Positions 12,810 through 25,689 of a stretch of DNA of 64,000 nucleotides are shown here, one piece after another. This stretch comes from Leucoraja erinacea (taxonomy: Eukaryota): positions 16,554,001 through 16,618,000 of the forward strand of contig NC_073404.1 in NCBI RefSeq assembly GCF_028641065.1. Reading direction: 5' to 3'. The notes beneath the pieces are model-generated. The model worked only from the letters and a program-made list of their open reading frames with translations. It was not told the DNA's origin and did not search any database. Both the position numbers and the translations under genes were made by a program. Position 1 is the first letter of the stretch; each line of letters opens with the position of its first letter.

Positions 12810-13260
12810 ACATAGCTGTAGGCCATTCGGCCCTTCGAGCCAGCACCGCCATTCAATATGATCATGGCTGATCATCTAAAATCAGTACCCCATTCCTGCT
12901 TTTTCCCCATTACCCTTGATTCCTTTAGCCCTAAACTAAGTCTAACTCTCTCTAGAAAGCTTCCAGTGAATTGGCCTCCAATGCCTTCTGTGACAGAGAA
13001 TTCCACAGATTCACAACCCTCTGGGTGAAAACGTTTTTCCTCATCTCAATCCTAAATTACCTACCCTTAATTCATAAACTATGACCCCCGGTTCTGGATT
13101 CCCCCAACATTGGGAACATTTTTCCTGCATCTAGCTTGTTCAATCCTTCAAGAATTTTATATGTTTTTACAAGATCTTTCTAAATTCCAGTGAATACAAG
13201 CCCAGTCAACCCATTCTTTCATCATATGTCAGTCCCGCCATCCCAGGAATTAGCCTAGTT
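12810..13260 (-). mobile_element. CR1/HER1-type LINE 3' fragment
   Basis: Homologous by eye to the copy at 21258-22084 (GGCCATTCGGCCCTTCGAGCC...CCATTCAATATGATCATGGCTGATCATC). Confidence 0.85.
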
Positions 13261-14394
13261 ATACCGTCTCTTTCGCCTTCCCACCAGTCACCTTCCATCC
13301 ATATCTCATCCTCCAGCATTACATTTCACTCATATCTCTCCTTATTGGACACTCATTTGTCTCCTTTGTACTTCCAGTCTCTTACTCCACCCATCTGCCA
13401 ATTAAAACCTCCTCACATGTATCCATCTATCTGCTGGACGTTTTGTCCTGCCCTCACCTCTCTTTCCGACTTTCTCCCCCTCACTCTCATGTCATTTACA
13501 TGAACATTCCCTTGTTCATCCACATAAATGAGGGCTGGGAAACACTGATTTCTACCATAGAATCAAAAAAAATGAACCAACGTTAAGGAGACCCTTCAGC
13601 TTAGTGTTTGAAAAATTCTAGAAATTACTTCGATCCACTTAATCTCACATCCCTCATTCTTCCACGGGTCTGTATTTTTCACCGGTCTTATCAATTAATG
13701 CTATTGTATATGTTTACACCAACCTTTCAGATATACAGAACAGTCCCCATAACCCATCCACCTGCCACCCATTGGTCACTACCTGGCTGTCTATGGAAGA
13801 GTCTCCAGTTACCACATTGTCTACATTAAGCAGTTGGGAGCTCACAAAAAACAAATGGAGTAATTAAGTCTTCAATCCTCAGGGACTGACTAAGAAGAAG
13901 GTCCTATTCACAATTCTTAGGATACACCACTGTCTATGTTCTTCCAGTCTGAAAAATAACCATCCACCATCACTGTGATCCTGAAATAACATAAAAACCC
14001 TGATGAAAAATTGAGCAGCGTTATATTTTCACTGCTATGTACCTCTGCAGCAAAAAATGACATTGAAACCAAACTAATTATTTCACTGACAAGAAAATGA
14101 ATTTACCGACAGTGGAGACGGTGGAACTAATCATCCTTGGTGCCATTCGTGTTGGCATCAAAGGAACAATCACAGCAAGCCAGTTTGGAATTAGTAAGGA
14201 TTGAAACAGACCACTAAGCTGCCAGTCACTGTTCTGCGGCAAGACTCTTGTTTCTTTGAAATCCTGAGTTCATAATTCAGAACAATACTTTAGCACAATA
14301 ATGACCTTGAAAATTTGATTAAAATTAAACATTTACTATCTGATCTAGATAAATGATGTAGATCCTATAGCACCGGTAACAAACAGGTGGTGGT

Positions 14395-14675
14395 TTTAGT
14401 TTAGAGAGACATAGCCCTTTCGGTTCACCCGGTATACGCCGACCAATGATCACGTGTACACTAGTTCCATCCTACACACTAGGGACAATTTTACAGAAGC
14501 CAATTAATCTACAAACCCGCACGTCTTTGGAATGTGGGAGGAAACCAGAGCACCTGTAGAAAACCCACACGGTCACAGGGAGAATGTGCAAATTTCGTAC
14601 AGACAGCACCCGCAGTCAGGATTGAAACCTGATCTCTGGTGCTGAAAGGCAGCAACCCCACCACTGAGCCGTTGG
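14395..14675 (-). mobile_element. tRNA-derived V-SINE (HE1-like)
   Basis: Minus strand: A-box-like GGCTCAGTGG, B-box-like GGTTTCAATCC, V-domain GTGGGTTTTCTACAGGTGCTCTGGTTTCCTCCCACA, and a CTCTAAACTAAA tail. Confidence 0.75.
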
Positions 14676-16199
14676 GCAGCTGATTAACTGAATAGGTTAG
14701 AAGGGAACCAGACCTGTGGGGGCACAAATACTGTTGCCCCCAAAGCTTCCCGACGGCTAATTTGGCAACAAGTCTAATGCAATGGAAAATAGAAGGGATG
14801 CTTCCTAAAATAAATAATGTATTCCTTAATATATTGAGAATCAGTCATTATTCTGGGGACCAGGAAGTGGTTGAAAGATCAGATTAAAGTGCTGGATTGA
14901 CTCATTTGACCTGGTAGCATCTCTGGAGAACATGGAGAGGTGATGTTTCGGGACGAGACCCTTCTATGGACTCAAAGATCACATATTCTATATTGATAAA
15001 GCCAAAAAGTAAAATGAGTCAATAAACCATGTAGCCTCAATTTGGACAGAATTAGCTGATTGCAATTATAATGGCAATGGAAATGATATTATTCATTTGA
15101 TAACCAGGCTAGTCATTTAGATGGGAATATCCGATTGGTTTACTTTGTGACTATTCCACTCGGTGCTCACATTTGGAGTGCGAGGCAAGAGAATTGAGCT
15201 CAACTATGATATACCTGCAAGGAAATAACCCACTGTCATTCATAACTGGCCCAAGCATCTAGCTTAAATACTTGCTGCCACAGGATTCATTTTAACTTTG
15301 GAACGGAGGAAAAGATGATACAGAGATCATGTAAAATCAGCTGACATAATTTTTAAAGGTGGTGCCTGATATTAAGTCTAGAAATCTACTTTAATATCAT
15401 GTTATGTGATAAACCTGGGACATATGATACTTATCCAATAAATAAGAATAGCATCACCTAAAGCCTTGATGTCATTCAATAAAAGACTTGAAAAGCAGTC
15501 TTCTTGACCTACTTAACAACAGATCCTTTGTACATTAGCTTTGAATAACAGAATTTACTGCATTTAACTTTTAAAATTAGCATACAATTCTGGCTTTAGC
15601 ATACGGCCAAACTCTACAAGTATCACGACTGGATTGTAAAGGACAAAATGTGTTTATTTCTTTTGGAATTTCTTTCAAAAAATATTATTTTTAACGTTTG
15701 CATTTGGCAAAATATGAAGTCCCAATTCTCACACCTTCCTCACATTCACCAACCAACATGATCTTATCCTTGTCCATTTACCCTTTTTCAAGCAAACGTG
15801 GATATAGAAAGGAAGAAGATAAATCTAAACGCACAAAGCCTTTGTCTACTTTTGAACAGGACAATTAATTATTTTAAACACAGCAAAACACAAAACAAGT
15901 GGATTTTGCACAGTTATTGAAACCTGTATCTGAAACCTATTGTGAATAGCTCTTGCTTTCCATCCCAGGGGAGATCTACAGATGTCGTCATGCTTTGATA
16001 TGGCATTCTATACATACATGTATTACTTTGTCCACAAAGCTATCATCTTCACTTACTCAGATTTATATTGACTTTGAGAAAATGTTCTGTGTTACAATGG
16101 CAATATGATACCCTGATTGATGGCATTCTGCACTTACACTGCACATCACATATTCTCTTTTGCACTGCAAGTAATGGAAAGTTTCAAATGTAAAGTAGT

Positions 16200-17610
16200 T
16201 AATTACAGCGGAATGGGGAATAGTGTACTCAGTGTGGGTTGTGAGGAGGATGCAAGGAGTCTTTGGGGTTTAAGGAGTGCACAAGTACATGGCAGACAGA
16301 ACACGTGGAACAAACAAGTGATCATCCACTTTAGTAGAGAAAAAATAGAAAAGTGGATCATTTTTTCAAATATAGTGGCCAAAGGGACATGAGTGTCCTT
16401 GTACAGAAATCGCTGTATGTTAACATGTAGGCACATCAAGTGATTAGGAAGGTAACAACTATGCTGGCCTTTATTGTAAGAGGATTTGAATGTAGGACTA
16501 AAGGTGTATGTTCTTTTTTATCGAGGTATGCTGGGAAAAACCAGCATATCTCCATATAAATTATTATGAAAAATAAATATGTAGGAAGATTAGATTAGAA
16601 TGATGAAACATTCTAGTCTAGTCTCCCTACAAAGTGAAAAACATGCTTGCAATAGAGAAAGTGCAACAAAGATTGATTCCTGAAATGGGTGGGATAGTGA
16701 GGGGGGGGGAAGTGAAGAAATTTTTCTCTGAGGATAGGTTTAGTAGACTAGAGTTGAAAGAATGAGACGTGTTCTCATTGAAACAGATAGGATTCTGACG
16801 TAGGTGTGCAGCTGGATGCTTTGGCAGCATGGTAATTGGGAGGGTGTTCTTATTATTTGAAGTGTAGCTGAGAATCCCATGACAGCAGCCTAATGTGAGA
16901 GTATATCAATTACATCTGATATTCAATACAGAAAAATCCCATTTGGCCAGCTGGTCTGTGCTTGCTCCCTTGACATGCCCTCCTAACCACTATATCTAAA
17001 CTCTGCAGCACAGAGAAGCCGAAGAGAATAAAAGATGATAAATCCTGACGGCCCATTGATCTCTCTCCCAAAATGTTGAAAGAGGTTAAAAAGATAGCAG
17101 CTGATTATTGCCTTTTAAAATTTGATAGGTTGTGAATTGTTCCTGTGGATGGAAGAAAAGCAAATGCAACCACATTATTTAAGAAAAGATGGAGAGAGAA
17201 AAACATGAAACAACTGATGGTGGTAGGGATAGTACTGTCATTTGTACAAAAAGATCTATTAACAGAGCATCTTGAAAAGAATAACTTGATTTAGTAACAT
17301 TAGTGTTTGAAATTGATGTCATGTTTCATTAATCTATTTGAATTGATCTGACTAGTAGAATAGATAAAGAGCAATCAATGGACATAACGTATTTGGGTTT
17401 CCAAAGCTTTTGATGTGTCTCACAAAAGAGGTTGCTGTACAAGGCCAGAACATATGGAGTAGGGCGAAATCTACAGCCGTGGATGGAGAATTGTTAATAG
17501 ACAGAAGATAAATAGTGGGAACAAGTTAATCTTTCTCAGGTTGACAAGCTGAGTTTCGGGGTACTGCAGGGATCAATGCTTGGGCTCCAGCTATTTAAAT
17601 CTACACTCAT
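16200..17610 (+). mobile_element. Cluster of old CR1 LINE fragments
   Basis: Decayed ORF2 pieces (MLAFIVRGFECR at ~16460; AIEKVQQRLIPEM at ~16650; GVLQGSMLG at ~17560). Confidence 0.6.
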
Positions 17611-18194
17611 AATGCATCAATTGTCTGTACATGGACCTGTAAGATTCTTTAACCAACCTGCACAACCCTAACCCTACCTCAACACCACAACATGATGGAT
17701 CACCTCTGGCACGATCATAGACTGGTTTTGTAATTGTGTTTTTGAGCAGTCTTTATTTCTGCTGTCTTGGACAATTATTTGTTTGATATATAATTTATAA
17801 TTACTGTGTTGTCTGTCTATGAGCCTGCGACGCTACTGCAAGCAATAATTTCATTGTACTGTACCTCACTGAACTTGTTCATATGATAATTAACTGGACC
17901 ACTTGACTTGACTTTTATTCCAAAGTTTCCCAGATCTCTGTCAGGGTACATCTTGAATATTTTCAGAAACTATGAGCCCCTCCATAAAAAATTGGAATGC
18001 TTCCAAATGAGTTGGAACACATACAAATGTAAACCTTCCCTTTTTTTTAATGCGATTCAATGAACAAAATAAACTTGATGTCTTCAGTGGAGAGTCGCTG
18101 TGACTAGTCCCCAGAGCACTTATGTCAAGTGGCTCCCTGCTTGTGAAACATGGCAGCCACTGTTCTAATAGAAAATGGTCTTTGTTTACACAAG

Positions 18195-18490
18195 GGTGGC
18201 ACAGCGGTAGAGCTGCTGTGCTAGAGACTCAATTTTGATCCTGACCATGGATGCAGTCAATGTGGAGTTTGCATGTTCTCCCTAGGACCACGTGGGTTTC
18301 TTCAGGGTATTCCAGTTTCCTCCCATATGCGCAGGTTTGTAGATTAATTGGCCTCTGTAAAATTGCCCCCAGTGTGTAGAGAGTGGATGAGAAAGTGGCA
18401 TAACATAGAACTAGTGTGAACAGGTGATCAATGGTCAATGTGGAATCGATGGTCCAAAATTCATGTTTCCAAGCTGTATCTCTAAATCTT
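18195..18490 (+). mobile_element. tRNA-derived V-SINE (HE1-like)
   Basis: GGTGGCACAGCGGTAGAG A box; V-domain GTGGGTTTCTTCAGGGTATTCCAGTTTCCTCCCA; 3' end GCTGTATCTCTAAA. Same family as 14395-14675, opposite strand. Confidence 0.75.
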
Positions 18491-18902
18491 GCACCTTGTG
18501 ATTTCATAACTAACTCTAATGGAAATATCTATACATTGAATACATTGAATTAAGGGGGCATATTAGGTACATAAGGTAAAGCTTCAGGAGTATTCACGTT
18601 CTTTGTTAACCATGGAATGTCTGTTCCCCTATCCATTATGGATAATTGCAACCTAAATATATGTCATCATTTTGGCCAAATGGGCCAATTGCTACATTTC
18701 CAAGTTTACAAATGATGCAAAACTAGATGGGTGATAGTTTGAGTAAAGCTGCTGGTCAAAGGGATTTCAATGTCCTTGTAAACAAGTACATGAAAGCCAA
18801 TATGCAGGTGGAGTAAGGGATTTGAAGGGCAAATGATATGTTGGCCTTTATTATAAGAGGATTTGAATGTAGGGGTAAAGTTATTGCAATTAAACACGGA
18901 TC

Positions 18903-19530
18903 ATAGAAACATAGAAACATAGAAAATAGGTGCAGGAGTAGGCCATTCGGCACTTCGAGCCTGATCATGGCTGATCATCCAACTCAGTATCCTGTACCTG
19001 CCTTCTCTCCATAACCCCTGATCCCTTTAGCCACAAGAGCCACATCTAACTCCCTCTTAAATATAGCCAATGAACTGGCCTCAACTACCTTCTGTGGCAG
19101 AGAGTTCCAGAGATTCACCACTCTCTGTCTGAAAAATGTTTTTCTCATCTCGGTCTAAAAGATTTCCCCTCTATCCTTAAGCTGTGACCCCTCGTCCTGG
19201 ACTTCCCCAACATCGGGAACAATCTTCCTGCATCTAGCCTGTCCAACCCCTTAAGAATTTTGTAAGTTTCTATAAGATCCCCCCTCAATCTCCTAAATTC
19301 TAGCGAGTACAAGCTGTCGTTCTTCATAAGACAGTCCCGACATCCCAGGAATCAGTCTGGTGAACCTTCTCTGCACTCCCTTTATGGCAATAATGTCCTT
19401 CCTCAGATTTGGAGACCAAAACTGTACGCAATACTCCAAGTGTGGTCTCACCAAGACCCTGTACAACTGCAGTAGAACCTCTCTGCTCCTATACTCAAAT
19501 CCTTTTGCTATGAATGCTAACATACCATTC
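18903..19530 (-). mobile_element. Young CR1/HER1-type LINE, 5'-truncated
   Basis: ORF pieces ANGMLAFIAKGFEYRSREVLLQLYRVLVRPHLEYCVQFWSP; (CATAGAAA)n octamer tail at 18902-18925. Inserted into an older plus-strand CR1. Confidence 0.92.
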
Positions 19531-20214
19531 GCATGGATCACATGAGGCTTAAGGAGTACTGTGTACAGTTTCAGTCTCTTTATCAAAAGAAGATATACTT
19601 ATTTGAAAGGAAGTTAACCAAAGATTCACCAGACTGGTTCCAGGATGGTGAGGTTGCCATATGGGAGATTGAGAAAACTAGTAATTGAGTCATTGAGCTA
19701 TATAGAACACAAAGGAGCCCTCGGCACACCATATCCACACCAATCTATTTGCTATCTACACTAACTCCAATTGCCTGGATTAGAAACATCTTTCTATGCC
19801 TTGCCTATTTAAGAGTATCTAAATTTACCATCTGATCTTGGGAAAATAATTCTATCAACTCTATTTATGTACATCATCTTATACAGAATTTGGAAGCATG
19901 GAAATCTTATTGAAACTTTCAACATTGTTACATCAGTTGACAGGCTTGATGCAGAGAAAAAATATCCTCTGGCTGAGGAGGCTAGAATCAGGAGTTGGGT
20001 AGGACTCAGAATATGGACTAGGCCATTGATGACTGAGGAGAGGATACATTTCTTCATGCAGTGAAGCTAAATCTTTGGAATTTTAATTGTGAGGGAATGG
20101 GAGAATAGGATTGATGAACTGCTCAGAGAGCAAGCCGTGACTATGAGGGTCAAATGACCTCCTTTAACTGTCACAAGGAAATGCAAGAAGAGTTTAATCT
20201 TGTCCGATACCAGA

Positions 20215-20495
20215 GATGATGAAGTCTTTTAGGACTGAGATGAGAAAATCATTTTTTACACAGAGAGTGGTGAATCTGTGGAATTCTCTGCCACAGAAGG
20301 TAGCTGAGGCCAGTTCATTGGCTATATTTAAGAGGGAGTTCGATGTGGCCCTTGTGGCTAAAGGGATCAGGGGGTATGGAGGGAAGGCAGGGATGGGATA
20401 CCGAGTTGAATGATCAGCCATGATCATATCGAATGGCGGTGCAGGCTCAAAGGGCCGAATGGCCTACTCCTGCACCTATTTTCTATGTTTCTATG
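20215..20495 (+). mobile_element. Young CR1/HER1-type LINE 3' end
   Basis: FRTEMRKSFFTQRVVNLWNSLPQ; TTCTATGTTTCTATG tail. Confidence 0.9.
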
Positions 20496-20719
20496 ATCAA
20501 TCAGCCCTTACAAATTCTTTTTGATTTTTCTCTAGCATTGTATATGAAGCGAAACTAAAGCTCTGTACAACTAAAATAACAACGTTTTTTTTTCCATTCT
20601 ATCACTTGATAAATGTACCCTGGACTTTAATTGTCTTCTTTCATGCCATTGTTGATCTGCATCATTACTTTTACTGATAAGCGTATCGTTAACTATTTGT
20701 TCTTTTATATTGTGTAGGT

Positions 20720-20890
20720 AGACCACAAAATGCATGGGTAACTCAGCAGAACAGGCAGGATCTCTTGATAGAAGAAATGGGTGACATTTTAGGTTGAGAC
20801 TGAAGAAGCGTCTCAACCTGAAACATCACCCATTCCTTTTATCCAGAGATGCTGCCTGTCCTGCTGAGTTACTCCAGCATTTTGTATTCC
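20720..20890. mobile_element. Short fold-back Penelope-derived repeat
   Basis: Inverted arms GTAACTCAGCAGAACAGGCAG... and ...CTGCCTGTCCTGCTGAGTTAC around a decayed CTGAAGA..GAAACATC core. Confidence 0.7.
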
Positions 20891-21257
20891 TTTATACTAT
20901 TTGCCTTCCAAGAAGCACGGATTCTTCCAAATAAAATGCACAACTTTGCACTTTTCTATAAGATAATTAATTTGTCAGATACATGCCAATGTTGATCAAA
21001 ATTAACTATTTCAGAAAGAAAAAAGCGAATCATTTGTCAGAAACATAAATCGATGATGGGATGGGATAGAAAAAGGGATATAGAGGTTTCAAACATTCAA
21101 AATGTTAATAAATCCAGAAAATATGGCTGAAGGGAACTGTTTCTGCACTGTATCTCTAAACTAAACACTTACCAGTAATAGCTATCAGGGTGAGCATTTG
21201 AAACACCAAGGCTTAGAAGGATATGGACCAAGCGCTGGTAAGTGGGACAATAGGGAA

Positions 21258-22084
21258 ACATGGAAAACATAGAAATTAGGTGCAGGAGTAGGCCATTCGG
21301 CCCTTGAGCCTGCACCGCCATTCAATATGATCATGGCTGATCATCCAACTCAGTATCCCGTACCTGCCTTCTCTCCATACCCTCTGATCCCCTTGGCCAC
21401 AAGGGCCACATCTAACTCCCTCTTAAATATAGCCAATGAACTGGCCTCAACTACCCTCTGTGGCAGAGAGTTCCAGAGATTCACCACTCTCTGTGTGAAA
21501 AAAGTTCTCCTAATCTCGGTTTTAAAGGATTTCCCCCTTATCCTTAAGCTGTGACCCCTTGTCCTGGACTTCCCCAACATCGGGAGCAATCTTCCTGCAT
21601 CTAGCCTGTCCAACCCCTTAAGAATTTTGTAAGTTTCTATAAGATTCCCTCTCAATCTCCTAAATTCTAGAGAGTATAAACCAAGTCTATCCAGTCTTTC
21701 TTCATAAGACAGTCCTGACATCCCAGGAATCAGTCTGGTGAACCTTCTCTGCACTCCCTCTATGGCAATAATGTCCTTCCTCAGATTTGGAGACCAAAAC
21801 TGCACGCAATACTCCAGGTGTGGTCTCACCAAGACCCTGTACAACTGCAGTAGAACCTCCCTGCTCCTATACTCAAATCCTCTTGCTATGAAAGCCAACA
21901 TACCATTCGCTTTCTTTACTGCCTGCTGCACCTGCATGCCTACCTTCAATGACTGGTGTACCATGACACCCAGGTCTCGCTGCATCTCCCCCTTTCCCAA
22001 TCGGCCACCCTTTAGATAATAGTCTGCTTTCCCGTTTTTGCCACCAAAATGGATAACCTCACATTTATCCACATTATACTGCAT
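21258..22084 (-). mobile_element. Young CR1/HER1-type LINE, 5'-truncated, with an open 244-aa ORF2 C-terminus
   Basis: ORF 21350-22084 MQYNVDKCEVIHFG...RPHLEYCVQFWSP...RVVNLWNSLP; octamer tail at ~21258-21275. Confidence 0.95.
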
Positions 22085-22114
22085 GCAAAGAGAAGGAAAT
22101 ATTGCCTCTGCCTA

Positions 22115-22259
22115 CAGTGGCGGACTGGCCAGGGTGTCAGCTTGCCCAATGGCAAGTGGGCCCCTGATGAAGTAGGCCCCCTATATCAAGTGGGCCCCTG
22201 ATGAAGTGGGCCCCCTTTGTCTCCTGGCAACCAATATTTTTAGACCCAGTCCGCCACTG
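22115..22259. mobile_element. hAT-superfamily MITE (145 bp)
   Basis: Perfect 14-bp TIRs CAGTGGCGGACTGG / CCAGTCCGCCACTG; perfect 8-bp TSD TCTGCCTA at 22107-22114 and 22260-22267; internal CAAGTGGGCCCCTGATGAAGT repeated twice. Confidence 0.92.
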
Positions 22260-23474
22260 TCTGCCTATAAATACCTGTACACTTGGTATAATAGTTCACT
22301 TTAAAAAAAATGAGGTTTAGAACAAGTCCACTTCCAGGCTGCCCGTGTACTAAACATTATCTTGCTTCATTTTTTAATGATCCAGAGAAAGAATATCCTC
22401 ACAGGAAATTCCTTTTCTGGATCATGAAAGATACAAACAAGATAATATCTGAGCTAATACAGGAATGACTGTCTAACTTTTACATCTGGAATAGAATTTG
22501 AAAGAAGTTCCTCTGGTGAGGAATGTGCAAAACCTTGATACTGACTCCAGTTTAAATGCTACCTTCCTGAACACCCCACAGGTAGTTGTAATACCATCTG
22601 AGCATTGTTTTTGAAAAGCACAAATGTCAAGAACTCGTTCTTCTGAAGAAAATAAATGACAGGATTTAAGGTTGTTCAATTATGTGCATTTTCTTTCTGT
22701 TCCTGAAATTTAATAGAACTGTAATCTGGGTCTTGGAAACCTGCTGAAAATAACAAAAAAACAGTTGAAAATAGCAATGCTTTTTGTTTTTCTGGGGTTT
22801 GCCCATCTTTCCCTCAAGTGTGAGCTCCAGGCTAAGAATTTCCCCCAGTCTTGGGTTTTTGGGTGCTATGTATACTTGTATCAAATAGGTGCTTCCTATC
22901 CAGGCGTAGATGCCCAGTTCCTGTTATGTTCTTTCTTCAAAGTAACATTTTCTCGCCCATTATTACTTAGGGAAATGTTGACACCTGAATACAATTGCAA
23001 CTAGCACAGCCCAGATTGGCAGAACTAGGTGGTGTAATATTCAAGTCAATATAATCCTCCTTTCAAAGTTAAATGATTGTGATGTGAAACCAGAAAGTGA
23101 GGATGTTACACATTTCATTAAATTACCCCGAATGCTGATCGGCACAGCTTAAAATAAAACAGTATGAGAACCAACAGTTAAAAACTAAACCTCCTCGGGC
23201 TTTTAAAACTAAAATTTTCTATGGTGCAATACTTGCTTCTTAATTTATCTCATCTTCTCTTTTAGTCACCTTGCATTATATTTGTGTGCAGCATCTTAAA
23301 GGACACTGTCAAGACCAAGCTACGATTTTGTGGAAGACTGGCACGCAATGCAAAGAGGAAAATTTAAACCAAAGAAATGCAAAAATCACAAACAATATTC
23401 TGCAAAGACAAATTTTGGACACGTTTTGGTTGCAATGTTTCTTTGAGCCAAGAGACATAGCAACAAGGATCTTG

Positions 23475-24125
23475 AAGTGGAACATAAACAAACTGCTGGA
23501 AGAGCTCAGTGGGTCAGGCAGCATCTGTGATACAAAGTTGACAGAAGATGTTTTGGACAGAACCCCTCTACAGACCGATGGAGTAGAAGGGAGAAAGTTG
23601 GTAGAGAGAAGGGAGGTGAAGGAGTGGGGCAAGAACTGGAGGGTGATAGGTGGATTCAGGTGCGGAGGGGTGATTGATGAGTCAGGTGGGGGAGAGATGG
23701 GTGTAGATGGGAACCAAGGCCTGAGGTGAAAAGAAGACAAAAGGGAGCAGATGTGGAACTGGCTAAGCAAGCAAAGTGGGGAATGAAATGTAGAACCAGA
23801 GGAATGAATGGTAAGTGGAAAATAATTGGGTGGGACAGGGAGAATGGGGGAGGGGGGGAGGAGGTAAATGATGGACCTGGAGGAGGGAAAGGTGGAAAAT
23901 GAGCAAATGGAGGAGAGGAACAAGGAAGTGGGAGACGGAGGCGAGGGGTGTTGGAGGTAGATACCTGGTTAGATGAGGACAAAAGAAGGCTTTACCTGAA
24001 ATTGGAGAATTCAATGTTCATACATGTTGGGTTGTAGGTTGCCCAAGCAGAATGTGAGGTACTGTTCTCCCTGTTTACATGTCATTTCAGTGGAGGAGGC
24101 ACAGAAAGCTCAATATGGGAATGGG
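23475..24125 (-). mobile_element. Penelope-like element relic (GIY-YIG C-terminus plus terminal repeat)
   Basis: Minus strand ~23995-24070 reads GEQYLTFCLGNLQP...MNIEFSNFR (frameshifted), followed by a long pyrimidine-rich tract and the GATGCTGCCTGACCCACTGAG repeat end. Confidence 0.75.
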
Positions 24126-25689
24126 AATTCAACAATTAATTTGTTTTTTCTTAAGATTTATCCAGATGCCTTGTCTTGTGGTTCAATCTTAAAGCAGATT
24201 TGGGTGGTAGGAAAAGGAGACAGATAGGGAATGAAGAGAAATATTCACACATGAAGGAATAAATGGAGAAAGATCAGGATAAGAACTATGGAGGAGTGAC
24301 ACTAATTCTTTTCATCTTGATTTATTTAGATTTCAACTATTTCTTCAACTATGTTTATCTCTGACACCTTTTTTAGTAAAACAAAAGGGGAAGCACGTAC
24401 ATATGAGATTACATTCATACGCGTTGGCATATATCCTTCTAATACAAAGTAAAATTATTAATGTGACACCCCCATACCTCTTGAAATGGGTTATTAGTGG
24501 AGTAACAAAATACTAGCCAATTGTACTGGCAGTTAATTGAAACACATGACTTGGCAAGGATTTTGCGAACTGTGATGTAAAAATTATTTGTTTGTAAAGG
24601 TATTCACTGTAGCATCGCTTATTTCATATTTCTGTAGGCGGAAAAGAAAGCAGAGACAATAGATCACAAGATATTATTAGGAATGCAGTGCTGTGACCAA
24701 GTGTTTGTGGAACAAGGTATCACTGTTTAGAAACATTTGAAGTTTTTTGGCAAACGGTAAAGTTGCAACATGGATAGAAAACTGGCTGCGTGATAGGAGT
24801 CAGAGACTTGTAATGAAGACTGGAGTGGTTATATCTTGGATCTCCTCCATTGGGAGATTACGTCCAGTTTTGGTATATGAGCAGGTTTGTGAGAATGATC
24901 CCGGGGATAATTAAGTTAACGCACAAAGTAGGTTTGATGACTCTGGGCCTGTGCTCATTGACGTTTAGAAGGACGAGGGGGCATTTTGTTGAAACTTACC
25001 GAATAATGACAGACCAAGAGAGAGTGGAAAGGATCGTTGTTTTCAAAAGGCAAGCGTCACAAATACGTGTCATAAGCTATTTGAATGTCTGTGAAATAAC
25101 CAGGAAATTTATATTCTCTGACTATGTGAGAAATGGGATCTATTTTCCAGGATATTAATTGAAGATGTATGTCATGACTGGTAGAGATCAGTCACATGAG
25201 CATAGTAGAAATTGGCCTTGCCCTTGTGCGGTTTGGTTAATAGACACAAAGCAGAAAATCACGTCACTGTCCAAACAAAAAGACAATGTACGTTCCATCT
25301 CTGTTAAGCAATGGACTAATCACAAAGAATGGCCCAATTTTCATTTACAATATACCGAAGAAAATAGGTTACACAAACAAGCACACATTTCCACGAGGGA
25401 CAAAGGTATCAGAAATCTAGAAAATCAAGGTAATCAGAAATTTGAGATGGTTTTAAAAAGTATAGACTATTAAATCTCTTTTCCTTTTTTTGGTCACTTT
25501 GGGAACAAAATTTAACTGAAGCATTTAATTGAGATGCATTAAAAGGGGTAACTACCAATGTGAAATGTTTTATAAATTATCTTGAATTTTCTTCACAGTA
25601 GTTCATTTTGAAAGTCAGGAAATTTGTAAAGAACGGACTTACAACTATAGAGGGTCCTTTACCTCATGTTTTCTCAATGGCCATGAGAA

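Noticed and set aside
18195-18250. tRNA gene
   Set aside because: The A/B-box-like head continues into a V-SINE body and no cloverleaf can be drawn; the same applies at ~14600-14675.
22160-22210. CTGATGA motifs as hammerhead or C/D snoRNA boxes
   Set aside because: They are internal repeats of the hAT MITE; no stem II plus GAAA, and no suitable box D/terminal stem.
22473-22760. Possible minus-strand exons behind good acceptor-like tracts
   Set aside because: Frames close quickly or give unrecognisable peptides and do not chain with other candidates.
23271-24014. 152-204-aa ORFs
   Set aside because: Low-complexity purine/pyrimidine tract of a Penelope relic.
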